Below, piece by piece: positions 37,785-46,468 of a DNA stretch of 64,000 bases. The position numbers and the translations under genes are program-made. The DNA is taken from NCBI GenBank assembly GCA_022749995.1, contig JAKIWO010000002.1, positions 42,033 through 106,032 of the forward strand. Direction: 5' to 3'. Position 1 is the stretch's first letter; each line of letters opens with the position of its first letter. Source of the stretch: Thermoplasmata archaeon. Its GTDB lineage: Archaea; Thermoplasmatota; Thermoplasmata; Lutacidiplasmatales; UBA184. The notes below the pieces were generated by a model. The model was not told the origin of the DNA. It did not search any database and worked only from the letters and a program-made list of their open reading frames with translations.

Positions 37785-38804
37785 CTACTGCGGCTCGAGG
37801 AAGATCGCCTCGGAGACGCCGGCCACGGCGCGCTCGACGGCGACTTCCGCTAGCGTCGCGAGCCCGCGGCTCGCCCGATCCGCGGCGAGGAGCATCGGGT
37901 CCCGCGAGCGGTTGCGGGGTCGGCGAGCTTCCGCCACGTCCAGTCGCACCCGTTGGATCTCCGCAAACCCGTCGCAGGCGCCGGCCAGCTCGGGGTGCAT
38001 GATGGCGTCCACCGACAGGCGCAGACCCTCCCCCAGCGAGTTGAGCAGGCGGAGCATCTCGTGCTGGATCGCCTCGGAGCTCGGATGCTCTCCCTCGCGT
38101 GCGATCACGGAGAGCTCGTTCGCGAGCTCTTCGAGGGTGTGGACCACCACGCGCCACTCGAGGAGCTGGCGGGGGTCGGGCGAACCGATCCGTCGTGCCA
38201 GCGACCAGTCGCGGCTGCCGAGGAACAGCTGCCGCACGAGGAGGGCCAGCACCTTGCCACCCTCCTCCTCGAGCATCGGCAGCCGCTTGGACCGGCGGTG
38301 CCGCGTCAACGTCTCCCGGGTCTCGTCGAGAAAGGCGGCGAGGATCATCCGCATCCGTTGGACGAGCTGCGGCAGGCCGTACTTGGACGGGTCGATGAAG
38401 TTCTGGAGCACGATGCGGTTGGGCTCTTGGGCCACGACGCTGACCCCCAGCAGACCTCGCGCGGCGGCGTGCAGCTCCTCGAGGCGCTCCGGCGCCAGCG
38501 CGACCTCGGTCCGGATCTCGATGGCGTCGTGACCGACCCGATAGGCGCCCACGATGAGGCGGGTGAGCAGCCCCGGGGTGTCGAAGGAGCGAGCCTGAAG
38601 CAGGAACGGCGCGCCGCCGGGGACGGCGGCCACCGTCGGGGCCGGCTTGAGGAAGAGCGACCCATCGTTGTGCTGGTCGAAGACGACCAGATCCCCCGGG
38701 CGCAGGTTCATCGCCTCGGCCCACGGTTTGGGGAGCGTGACCGCGATCGAGGAGTGTCCGGCCTTGAGGATGCGGCGCTCTCGGTTCGGACTTGGATACG
38801 CCAT
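37785..38804 (-). CDS. AbrB/SpoVT DNA-binding domain plus PhoU-domain regulator
   Basis: RRILKAGHSSIAVTLPKPWAEAMNLRPGDLV, RLIVGAYRVGHDAIEI, helical PhoU-like repeats. Confidence 0.88.
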   Translation of the reverse strand: MAYPSPNRERRILKAGHSSIAVTLPKPWAEAMNLRPGDLVVFDQHNDGSLFLKPAPTVAAVPGGAPFLLQARSFDTPGLLTRLIVGAYRVGHDAIEIRTEVALAPERLEELHAAARGLLGVSVVAQEPNRIVLQNFIDPSKYGLPQLVQRMRMILAAFLDETRETLTRHRRSKRLPMLEEEGGKVLALLVRQLFLGSRDWSLARRIGSPDPRQLLEWRVVVHTLEELANELSVIAREGEHPSSEAIQHEMLRLLNSLGEGLRLSVDAIMHPELAGACDGFAEIQRVRLDVAEARRPRNRSRDPMLLAADRASRGLATLAEVAVERAVAGVSEAIFLEPQ

Positions 38805-38826
38805 TGCTGTACCGAACCTCTTACAA

Positions 38827-38857
38827 GGTTCGTAGGTTCGAACCGGCCCGGATATAT
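38827..38857 (-). promoter_or_regulatory. Regulator promoter: TATA box plus GGTTCGAACC palindrome
   Basis: Minus strand ATATATccgggccGGTTCGAACCtacgaacc. Confidence 0.65.
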
Positions 38858-38935
38858 GAATCTCTCGCCGCCCGGCGAGTTCCTACTACGGTCGTCGGAG
38901 GTTCGGGCCCGACCCGCCGCGCGGCCGCGCACCGA

Positions 38936-39613
38936 CTACGGGTGCGCGGAGTGTTCGAGCGCGCCGGTCGGCTCGGGGTAGCCGAGCCGCTCGGGGGGCA
39001 TCTCGTGCTTGGCGCCTTCCCGCTTGCCGACCACGAAGCCGAGCACCAGCGCGACCACGACGAGCGAGACGACGATGCCGGCGATGATGTAGACCCCCGT
39101 CGGCATTCCCGGTCCGGCCGGCGATGGGGGCGCGACCCCGGAGCCGAAGAAGCCGAACATCCCCTCTTGGAAGTGGCTGGATACCATGCAGACGTACTCG
39201 TACACGCCTTTGGCCGGGGCGGTGAACGTCGCGGAGGCATGGAATCCCGTGGTGCCGTTGATGGTCAAGTTCACGAGGGGGGGGTGGCTGGTGAAGAAAG
39301 TCTGCAAGTCCGGTGTCGAGTCGCTGGTCGGGAAGGTGAGGTTGTCGACGGAGGAGAGGGTGAAGGTGTGCAACGTGGTGCCGAGCTGCGTCACGGTGAT
39401 CGTCACATTGTCGCCCGGTGCCGCGGCCTCCATCGTATCCGGCGTGAAGGCAAAGACGTCGCCCACGCTGAGGCTCAGGGCATCGGTGGCGTGCCCCCGA
39501 TACCCGGTCTCCGGAGCCACGGTGCGAGGCTCGAGAGCGCCCGCCAGCGGAAGCGCCAGCACCAGCAGCGCTACCGCGAGAGCGGCTACTACCCGAGAGA
39601 TACTGCTGCGCAT
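38936..39613 (-). CDS. Membrane-anchored type-1 blue copper protein (sulfocyanin/rusticyanin-like cupredoxin)
   Basis: Signal peptide, HTFT His, YEYVCMVSSHFQEGM (Cys-His-Met), C-terminal TM helix. Confidence 0.88.
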   Translation of the reverse strand: MRSSISRVVAALAVALLVLALPLAGALEPRTVAPETGYRGHATDALSLSVGDVFAFTPDTMEAAAPGDNVTITVTQLGTTLHTFTLSSVDNLTFPTSDSTPDLQTFFTSHPPLVNLTINGTTGFHASATFTAPAKGVYEYVCMVSSHFQEGMFGFFGSGVAPPSPAGPGMPTGVYIIAGIVVSLVVVALVLGFVVGKREGAKHEMPPERLGYPEPTGALEHSAHP

Positions 39614-39789
39614 CGGTCGGCCGCGACGCTCCGGCGCTCCCACGCGCCGTGTGGTTCAAAGGCGTTTGGTACGTATCGCGGGCCGCCGGCAGCCGCCGGC
39701 TCGACGAGGGAATATGTACGCCGGAAATATGTATCGACCTCCGTCCCTTGCCCGGCGTGCGACTACGGTGGGGCGGCTCGCTCCTAGGG

Positions 39790-39972
39790 GTGGGAGCGGG
39801 CCTAGCGGTGCTGCCCATCCACGCCTCGCAGACGCCGCTCCAGGAGATCTCGCCCGTCGTCTGGGTGATGGTGGCGATCTCGGCCGCGGGCGCGTTCATC
39901 ACCTACGCGATCATGGCCTACGCGGCTTGGCGGTTCCGCGACCCCTCGACGCGCGGGCGGAACTATGGTTAA
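39790..39972 (+). CDS. Oxidase subunit II N-terminal helix peptide (subunit IIa-like)
   Basis: One TM helix ending YAAWRFR, typical of CoxII helix I; overlaps the coxB start; start uncertain (39790 or 39808). Confidence 0.7.
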   Translation: MGAGLAVLPIHASQTPLQEISPVVWVMVAISAAGAFITYAIMAYAAWRFRDPSTRGRNYG

Positions 39973-40426
39973 CAAGTACGAGGTGCTTTGGACCCTCGCC
40001 GTCGTGGGCCTCATCGCCGGCGTGGCCGCCTACTCCACGATCCTGCTCTACCAGGTGGACGCGCTTCCGAGCCACCCCGGGGAGTACGTCGAGGTCAAGG
40101 GTCATCAGTGGTTCTGGCAGTTCTGCTACCCGGCCAACCACACCTGCTACAACGTGAGCTACGACCCGAACACCGGCGGTACGAGCGGGGGGGCTCTCTG
40201 GGCCAGTCCGGGCGAATCGGTGCAGGTGAACGTCACCTCGGTCGACGTGATCCACTCCTTCAATATCCCCGGCATCGGCGTCCGGATCGACGCGATCCCC
40301 GGCCGGGTGAATTCGTTCGCGTTCAACGCGCCGGTGGCCAGTGCCGGTACCGAGTATCTGATCCAGTGCACCGAGTTCTGCGGCAGCTTCCACGGCACGA
40401 TGCGTGCCTACCTCGTCCTGACGTAG
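39965..40426 (+). CDS. coxB: Heme-copper oxidase subunit II (one TM helix plus CuA domain)
   Basis: EVLWT, GHQWFWQF, DVIHSF, DAIPG, CTEFCGSFHGTM. Confidence 0.95.
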   Translation: MVNKYEVLWTLAVVGLIAGVAAYSTILLYQVDALPSHPGEYVEVKGHQWFWQFCYPANHTCYNVSYDPNTGGTSGGALWASPGESVQVNVTSVDVIHSFNIPGIGVRIDAIPGRVNSFAFNAPVASAGTEYLIQCTEFCGSFHGTMRAYLVLT

Positions 40427-40456
40427 TTCGTGCGCTGGTCCGCGCCCGCGGGCCGA

Positions 40457-41488
40457 CTAGTGATGACCGGCGGTCTTCGGCGGGAACCGACCCATGAAGT
40501 TGGTGGCGGTCGCCAGCACCACACCCACGCCGAGGAGGAGGCCCGCGCCGGCCAGCACATCGACCTGCACGAGCGCGGTGCTCAGCGGGGGCGAAAGGGC
40601 GGGCGGCTGGACCCCCACGAAAAGCGTTCCGTTCATCCCGGCGGCGAAGTGGCCGGAGGTGGTGCAGAGGTACTCGTACTCCCCTTGGGCGGGGATCGAG
40701 AAGTTCGCCCAGACGACCTGGCCCGGACTGTTGATGGCGGCGTTGGCGAGGGGGGCGTGCTTGCCGAAGTAGTTCGAGTAGTTCTGGGGGGTCGGGAAGA
40801 CGTTGGCCTGCGCTACGAGCGTCCAGGTATGGGCGAAGCTCCCTCCGTTCGTGATCTGGACGTCGATCGTGATCGGGTAGCTGGTCGCGTTGACGACGAG
40901 CGCGTCCGGCAGGAACTTCAGTTGGTCCGTCGTCTGCTCGGTGAGCGGCGTCCCCGCGCCCGCGCTCACGTTGAGGAATCCGAGCATGCCGGCCTGGAAC
41001 TGGTAGGGGACCAGCGAGGTGAACTCGTAGCTCGCGCCGAGCGTCGTCGGGAGGGTGAACGACACGCTGGCGCTGCGGCCGGGGACTGCGGAGACGTTGG
41101 CGAGCGAACCGTTGGTGCTGAAGAAGTGCTGAAGCTGCTCCGGATCCCAGCTTCGGTTCAGCACCACGTTGGCGCTCCGAACGAGGGTGAAGCTGTGATT
41201 GAGCGAGCCGGTGTTGTTGAGATGCACGGTCACCAGTGCGCCGGCCTCGGCACCGACCAGCCGGGCCGGAACGAACGCCGGGGCATCGGTCAGGTTGAGC
41301 CAGTAGCCGACGGAAGCCGGTGCGGCCGCCGGCCGCGCGTACTCGAGGCTCAGGGCGGCGCCGCGCTGGGTTGCCTCGGCGATCGGTGCCGCGAGCGGAA
41401 GGCCGATCGCCAGCAGGAGCAGACCGAGCACACCACAGGTGCCGGCCGCGCGGCGGAGCCCCCGATGGAGCGGGCGAGTATTCTCCAT
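40457..41488 (-). CDS. Tandem two-domain cupredoxin with C-terminal membrane anchor
   Basis: Signal peptide; domain 1 HSFT...YEFTSLVPYQFQAGM; domain 2 HTWT...YEYLCTTSGHFAAGM; TM helix. Confidence 0.85.
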   Translation of the reverse strand: MENTRPLHRGLRRAAGTCGVLGLLLLAIGLPLAAPIAEATQRGAALSLEYARPAAAPASVGYWLNLTDAPAFVPARLVGAEAGALVTVHLNNTGSLNHSFTLVRSANVVLNRSWDPEQLQHFFSTNGSLANVSAVPGRSASVSFTLPTTLGASYEFTSLVPYQFQAGMLGFLNVSAGAGTPLTEQTTDQLKFLPDALVVNATSYPITIDVQITNGGSFAHTWTLVAQANVFPTPQNYSNYFGKHAPLANAAINSPGQVVWANFSIPAQGEYEYLCTTSGHFAAGMNGTLFVGVQPPALSPPLSTALVQVDVLAGAGLLLGVGVVLATATNFMGRFPPKTAGHH

Positions 41489-41588
41489 CGGCCTCACGGG
41501 CGGAATTGGACCGAAGTTCGGTTCTTATCGCCTGTGTACGAATCGCCTCCGCCCGCGGCGCGCGCGCCCGGGCGAGGGCGGAACTCGC

Positions 41589-42437
41589 CTAGGGATCGTG
41601 GGAGGATCCCACCGGCCGCTCCTCCTCCGGTTCGAACCGGCGGAGCAGCTGGGTGGTCACTTCGATGAGTGGGTGGTGGGAGGTCCGGTCGATCGCCACG
41701 TCCTCGAGCCGGTGCAGGTGGTGTTCACGGGAAGCGCGCTCGAAACCGGTCTCCTGCGCCGCGAACTCGAGCGGCTTCTCGCAGGTGAGGATGAAGGCCT
41801 GGAGCTGGGTGAGCCCCATCTCGCGGGCCGCGAGCGCGCGGTGGTGGCCATCCACGAGGATCCACTGCTCCCCCTTCTGCACCACGAGCACCGGCTCGGC
41901 AAACCCCCGCTCGAGCTCGTACCGGCGTCCCTCGAGCTCGTCCTCGAACACTTTCCACTGCGTCGGGGTCAAGCGCGCGATCGGCACGAGCCCGCGGCGG
42001 AAGCTGAACGGCAACTGGTAGCGCTCGGTGAGCAGGTGGCGCAGCGTCTCGGCCTTGGCCGGGCTGGCCCGCTCAAAGTGCGAGCGCACGATGTCGAGGT
42101 TCGAGACGATCCCGCAGAGCCGCCCGGCCTCGTCGACGATGGGCAGGTCGCGCAGCCCGAACCGGAACATGATCCGCGCCACATCGTCGAGGGCCATCTC
42201 CGGCGTCGCGGTGTACGTGCCGGGCCGGATGACGGCGGACAGGTGCGTGGAGCGGTCGGAAGCGTGGCGCAGCAGCTCCTTCGCGCTCACGAACCCCACG
42301 AGCCGCCGTTCGCCGTCGACGACCGGCAGGCCGTGGTGCCGGCTGTGCAGCAGCTTCTCGATCGCCTCTCCGACGGTGGTGGACTCTTGGAAGTGTTCGA
42401 CCTCGAGGACCATGTAGTCGCGGACCCGCACGCTCAT
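41589..42437 (-). CDS. CBS-pair plus ParB/Srx-domain protein
   Basis: VRDYM, LPVVD...VGFVS, LPIVD...GIVSNLD, PTQ, LVDGHHRA. Confidence 0.9.
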   Translation of the reverse strand: MSVRVRDYMVLEVEHFQESTTVGEAIEKLLHSRHHGLPVVDGERRLVGFVSAKELLRHASDRSTHLSAVIRPGTYTATPEMALDDVARIMFRFGLRDLPIVDEAGRLCGIVSNLDIVRSHFERASPAKAETLRHLLTERYQLPFSFRRGLVPIARLTPTQWKVFEDELEGRRYELERGFAEPVLVVQKGEQWILVDGHHRALAAREMGLTQLQAFILTCEKPLEFAAQETGFERASREHHLHRLEDVAIDRTSHHPLIEVTTQLLRRFEPEEERPVGSSHDP

Positions 42438-43033
42438 GCGGGCGGCGGCTCGGGGCCCTCGTCCCGCAAGTACGCGGTCAAGAGGTGGCAGATGAGGAGG
42501 TGGACGTCCTCGGCATGTTGCATGCTCTGGGAGGGCACGACCACCGGGATATCCACGAGCCCCTTGAGCTTCCCACCGCCGAGCCCGGTGAGGCCGATGG
42601 TGTGGAGCCCCATCGTGCGGGCCAGCTCCACCGCCGCCAGGACGTTGGGGGAGTTGCCGGATCCGGTGATGGCGAACAGGACATCGCCCCGGCTCGCCAG
42701 GTTCCGCACCTGCTCGGAGAAGACCCGGGCGTAACTCGTGTCGTTGGCCCAGGCGGTGAGCGTCTCGACATTGTCGACCAGCCCAATGCATCGGAACCGT
42801 CGGCCGTCCCCTCGGATCGTCGCCTTGCCGATGTCCACCACGAAGTGGGAGGCGGTGGAGGCGCTGCCGCCGTTGCCTAGGAAGAAGAGGGTCCGGCCCT
42901 CGGCGCGGGCCCGGAGGAGGACCGGAACGATCGCGGCGATCGCCTGGGCGAGGTACGGTTCGCGGATGGAGTCGCACGCCTCCTCCACGTACCGTCGAAC
43001 GTACTCCTCCACCGCCAGTCCCACCGAGCTCAC
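42434..43033 (-). CDS. gmhA: Phosphoheptose (sedoheptulose-7-phosphate) isomerase
   Basis: GNGGSASTASHF, TAWAND, SGNSPNV, GGGKL, EDVHL. Confidence 0.88.
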   Translation of the reverse strand: MSSVGLAVEEYVRRYVEEACDSIREPYLAQAIAAIVPVLLRARAEGRTLFFLGNGGSASTASHFVVDIGKATIRGDGRRFRCIGLVDNVETLTAWANDTSYARVFSEQVRNLASRGDVLFAITGSGNSPNVLAAVELARTMGLHTIGLTGLGGGKLKGLVDIPVVVPSQSMQHAEDVHLLICHLLTAYLRDEGPEPPPA

Positions 43034-44007
43034 CGCCCCACGAAAAGGATGCGCGATCCCTCGGCCGAAAAGCGGACCGGGACCTTACGCCACGGGGACA
43101 AAGCGCTCGCTACTTGAGCGCTCTGCTCCGGCGGGTGCGCCAGCAAGAGGAACCCCCCGCCTCCGGCGCCGGTGATCTTGCCTCCCCAGGCACCGGCCGC
43201 CCGGGCCCGCGCGTAGGCCGCGTCGATCTCCTCCGTCGAAATGCCGGCGGAAAGGCCGCGCTTGAGCTGCCACCCCTCATCGAGCAGTTCCCCCAATCGC
43301 ACCCAGTTCCCCGCCAAGATCGCGTCGCGGGTGGGGCCGGCGAGCTCTCGCATCCGACGCAGCGATTCGCGGTTCTCGCCCAGCCGGGCCTCTTGGCGCT
43401 TGAGGATGCCCTGCGCCTGGCGCGTAATGCCCGTGTAGAAGAGCGAGAGATGACTCGCGAGCCGCTCCTTGTCGCGGGTCGTGAGCGGGATCGGAGCCAC
43501 GCGGACCGTGTCGTCCTCCCGGAACTCGAAGAACTGCACGCCGCCGAAGGCCGCGGCGTACTGGTCCTGCTTGCCCAGCGTCCCGTGCAGGATGTCGATC
43601 TCGATCGAGCAGGCCTCTTCGGCGAGTTCGGCCGGACCCTTGAGCGTCCCGCGGTAAGCGTGGAAGGCGTTGAGCAGCCCGACCGTCACCGAGGAGGAGG
43701 AGCCGAGCCCGGTCCCCTCCGACGGGATGTCGGCGATCGTGTGGACCTCGATGCCGCCGGGGACACCGGCGAGCCGCATCGCCTCCCGGACCAGCTCGTG
43801 CTGCAGCTGGTCGAGCACCTCGACGTCCTCGGTCCGGGAGTAGGCGACGCGGATGGCCGCGTCGAACTTGTCGTTCACCAGCACGTGGACGTACCGGTCG
43901 ATGGCGGCGCTCACCACCGCGCCCCCGCCGTACTTGCGATAGAAGGAGGGCAGGTCGGTCCCACCGCCCGCGAAGCTCACCCGGAGCGGGGTGCGGGTGA
44001 TGATCAC
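43030..44007 (-). CDS. hddA: GHMP kinase, D-glycero-alpha-D-manno-heptose-7-phosphate kinase-like
   Basis: TPLRVSFAGGGTD, GTGLGSSS, GKQDQYAAAFGG, GKITGAGGGG. Confidence 0.88.
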   Translation of the reverse strand: MIITRTPLRVSFAGGGTDLPSFYRKYGGGAVVSAAIDRYVHVLVNDKFDAAIRVAYSRTEDVEVLDQLQHELVREAMRLAGVPGGIEVHTIADIPSEGTGLGSSSSVTVGLLNAFHAYRGTLKGPAELAEEACSIEIDILHGTLGKQDQYAAAFGGVQFFEFREDDTVRVAPIPLTTRDKERLASHLSLFYTGITRQAQGILKRQEARLGENRESLRRMRELAGPTRDAILAGNWVRLGELLDEGWQLKRGLSAGISTEEIDAAYARARAAGAWGGKITGAGGGGFLLLAHPPEQSAQVASALSPWRKVPVRFSAEGSRILFVGR

Positions 44008-44033
44008 GCTGGCGCGAGGGCGGGAGACCCCTA

Positions 44034-46080
44034 TTATCGGTTGTGGGTGACGTGCGTTCTCGACGGTGCGCCGGCGGAACGGGGATGCCGCCGGCCGAAG
44101 AAGCTGCGCACCACCGGTGCGAGGTCCGGTAGGGGGGCGAGCCCGGGCAACACCGAGGCGAACTGCGCGGCCCGGTGGTCGAGCACGATGCCGATGCCCC
44201 GATCGTTCTCGCTCCGGATCAGCCGGCCCAGCGCCTGGAGGATGGCGCGCTGGGCGGGCGCGGTGACCGTATACTCCCACCCTCGGCCGCGGGTGAGGTC
44301 GAGGTGCCGGCGCAGCGCCTCGCGCCGGGCCGTGGGCTTGGGGAACGGGATGCCGACGAGGATGACCGCCTCGAGCTCGTCATCAGGAAAGTCGATTCCC
44401 TCGGCGATCCGGCCGCCGGCGACGCCGAGCAGGACGCCCCCCGAGGGACCCTGCTTGAACCCCTCGACGGCGCGCCAGAGCTCCTCGAAGCGCGCGCTCC
44501 GGGATTCGATGACCGCGCCGGCCGGGAGCGCGCGGGCGAGTCCTCCTCCCAGGACCGCCTCGAGCAGCGCGAAACTGGGGAAGAACGCCGCGGTGCGTAC
44601 CGGCAGTTTGGCCAGGATGTCGGCGAGTCGGCGGGCGAGTCGCGGGATGGCCTCGGGGTCGGTCGAGAGCTCCTCGTAGCGGCTCGTCACGTCGGTCGCG
44701 TAGTAGAGCCGCCGGTTCTCCGGCGGGAACGGACTGGGAAGGACCAGCGAGCGCACCTCCTCCGGGAGCCCGAGCGCATCCCGGTACTCCTCGAGCGGCC
44801 GGAGGGTGCCCGAGAGATGGACGGACAGGTGGCATTGGGCGACCGGCGCCGCCATGCGCGTGGCGTCGACCGCATATGCCTCGAGCGCCGGGCGGGGCTC
44901 GCGCGTGATCACCTTCACGAACTCCGGCGGTTCCATTTGGGGCCAGGCGAGCAGCGAGAGCGCGACGGAATGCACCGCCGAGCGAGGAAGCTGGCGGGCC
45001 TGCCGTCGCTCCTGGCGGAGCACTTCGCCCCACTGGAGGAGCGCGCCGAGCTGGGATTCCAGCCGCAGCGACGTGCCCCCGAGCTCGGCCAGCAGCCGGT
45101 CCTCGAGCACCCGCGGCGGGAGTACGCCGTCCTCCTCGGGGGCGAACTCGGCGAGCAGGCCATCGACGACGTCTTCGACGGTCCGCAGCAGTTCCGAGGC
45201 CGATCCCTGATCCGGGAACGGGATGTCGCCCCGGCCCCGCAGCTCCTCCCGTGCCCGGCGGATCGCGTCCCGCGGCAGGGTGACGCTCGCGAGCTCCCGC
45301 AGGTATTCGGGGAGGTTGTGCGCCTCATCCACCACCAGGTCGAGCCGGTCGAGCCCGACCCCGAGCCAGCTCAGGAGCGCGGTGCGGACGTGAGGGTGGA
45401 AGAAGAAGGCGTACGGGGCGGTGAGGAGACGGCTGCGCCGGGCGAGCAGCTTCGTCAATTCGTAGGGACAGAGATTCTCCTCACGGCAGTACGACTCGAG
45501 CTCCGGATTGGTGGGGAGCTTCTGCGAGAGCCGTTCGGTCAACGGCTCGAGCTCGGTCTGCAGCACGCGGGCGTAGTACGGGCACCCATCCAGGTCGGTC
45601 AGGTCGACGGCGGAACTCGCCGGCAGGTCGGTGGGCGGCAGCAGCATCGCTTCGCCGCTCAGGCCGCGCTCGGTCGCGCGCTTCCGATCCCCGCAGAGCT
45701 TGCCGTGTTCCTCGGCCGTCGCCGAGCCGATCCCCTCGAGTCCTTCCAGCAGGAAGCATCGGCTCTGACGGCCGGCGAGACCCAAGGCGAGGAACGGCCG
45801 CGCGCTCCGGTGGGAGATGGCGCGGCACTCCCGGAGCACCTGCTGCTCCTGGGCGTGGGTTCGGACCAGGTAGAGCACGCGGTGTCCCGCCAGCTCGGCG
45901 TGCTCGAGCAGCGGGGCGAGCGTTGCCACGGTCTTTCCGGTTCCCGTAGGGGATTCCACGAGCAGGGGACCGCCGGATCGTCCGAGCGCGGCGATCTCGG
46001 AGAGGATCCGCTCCTGGCCCGTCCGCACCCGGTACGGAAACAGCGCCGCAGCGCCGGGTAGAGAGGCTGTGGGCGCCGTA
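44034..46080 (-). CDS. xpd: XPD/Rad3/DinG Fe-S DNA helicase (start uncertain)
   Basis: FPYRVRTGQ, SPTGTGKT, Fe-S Cys residues, DEAHN, SGT, FPS, EGIDF, QALGRLIR. Confidence 0.93.
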
Positions 46081-46147
46081 TGGAGACTCCGAGCGATTGA
46101 GGCTCGGGACCCCGTTTGAAGCTGCGCCTCCAGCGGAGGGTGTCCGG

Positions 46148-46468
46148 CTAGCCGAAGCGGTACCGAACCCCGTACGGACCCCGCGGGTAGCTCCAACGGA
46201 CGGAGCCCTGATCGCAGGCCACGGAGCAGGCGCCACACTCCACACAGTCCTCGTAGCGGAACACCAGCCGGCCGTCGAGCCGGGTGTAGCACTGGGCCGG
46301 GCAGACGAAGGTACAGAAGGAGTGCGGGCAGCGCGCACAGATCTCGGGCTGGACGGTGATGTGCGCGTGCTCGGGGCCGTCGGTGGCAAACCGCAGAGTG
46401 CCCAGGCGGCGCTTGATCTCGACATACCGTGCGCCCGGCTCCTCGGCGGGGGATTCGGGCTCGCTCAC
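46148..46468 (-). CDS. FixX-like ferredoxin
   Basis: HI, CARC, CPAQCY, CVECGACSVAC, WSYPRGPYGV. Confidence 0.9.
   Translation of the reverse strand: MSEPESPAEEPGARYVEIKRRLGTLRFATDGPEHAHITVQPEICARCPHSFCTFVCPAQCYTRLDGRLVFRYEDCVECGACSVACDQGSVRWSYPRGPYGVRYRFG

Noticed and set aside
41589..42437. ParB domain as a partition or defence system
   Set aside because: Fused to CBS domains, with no HTH, no parA and no parS-like array in the neighbourhood.
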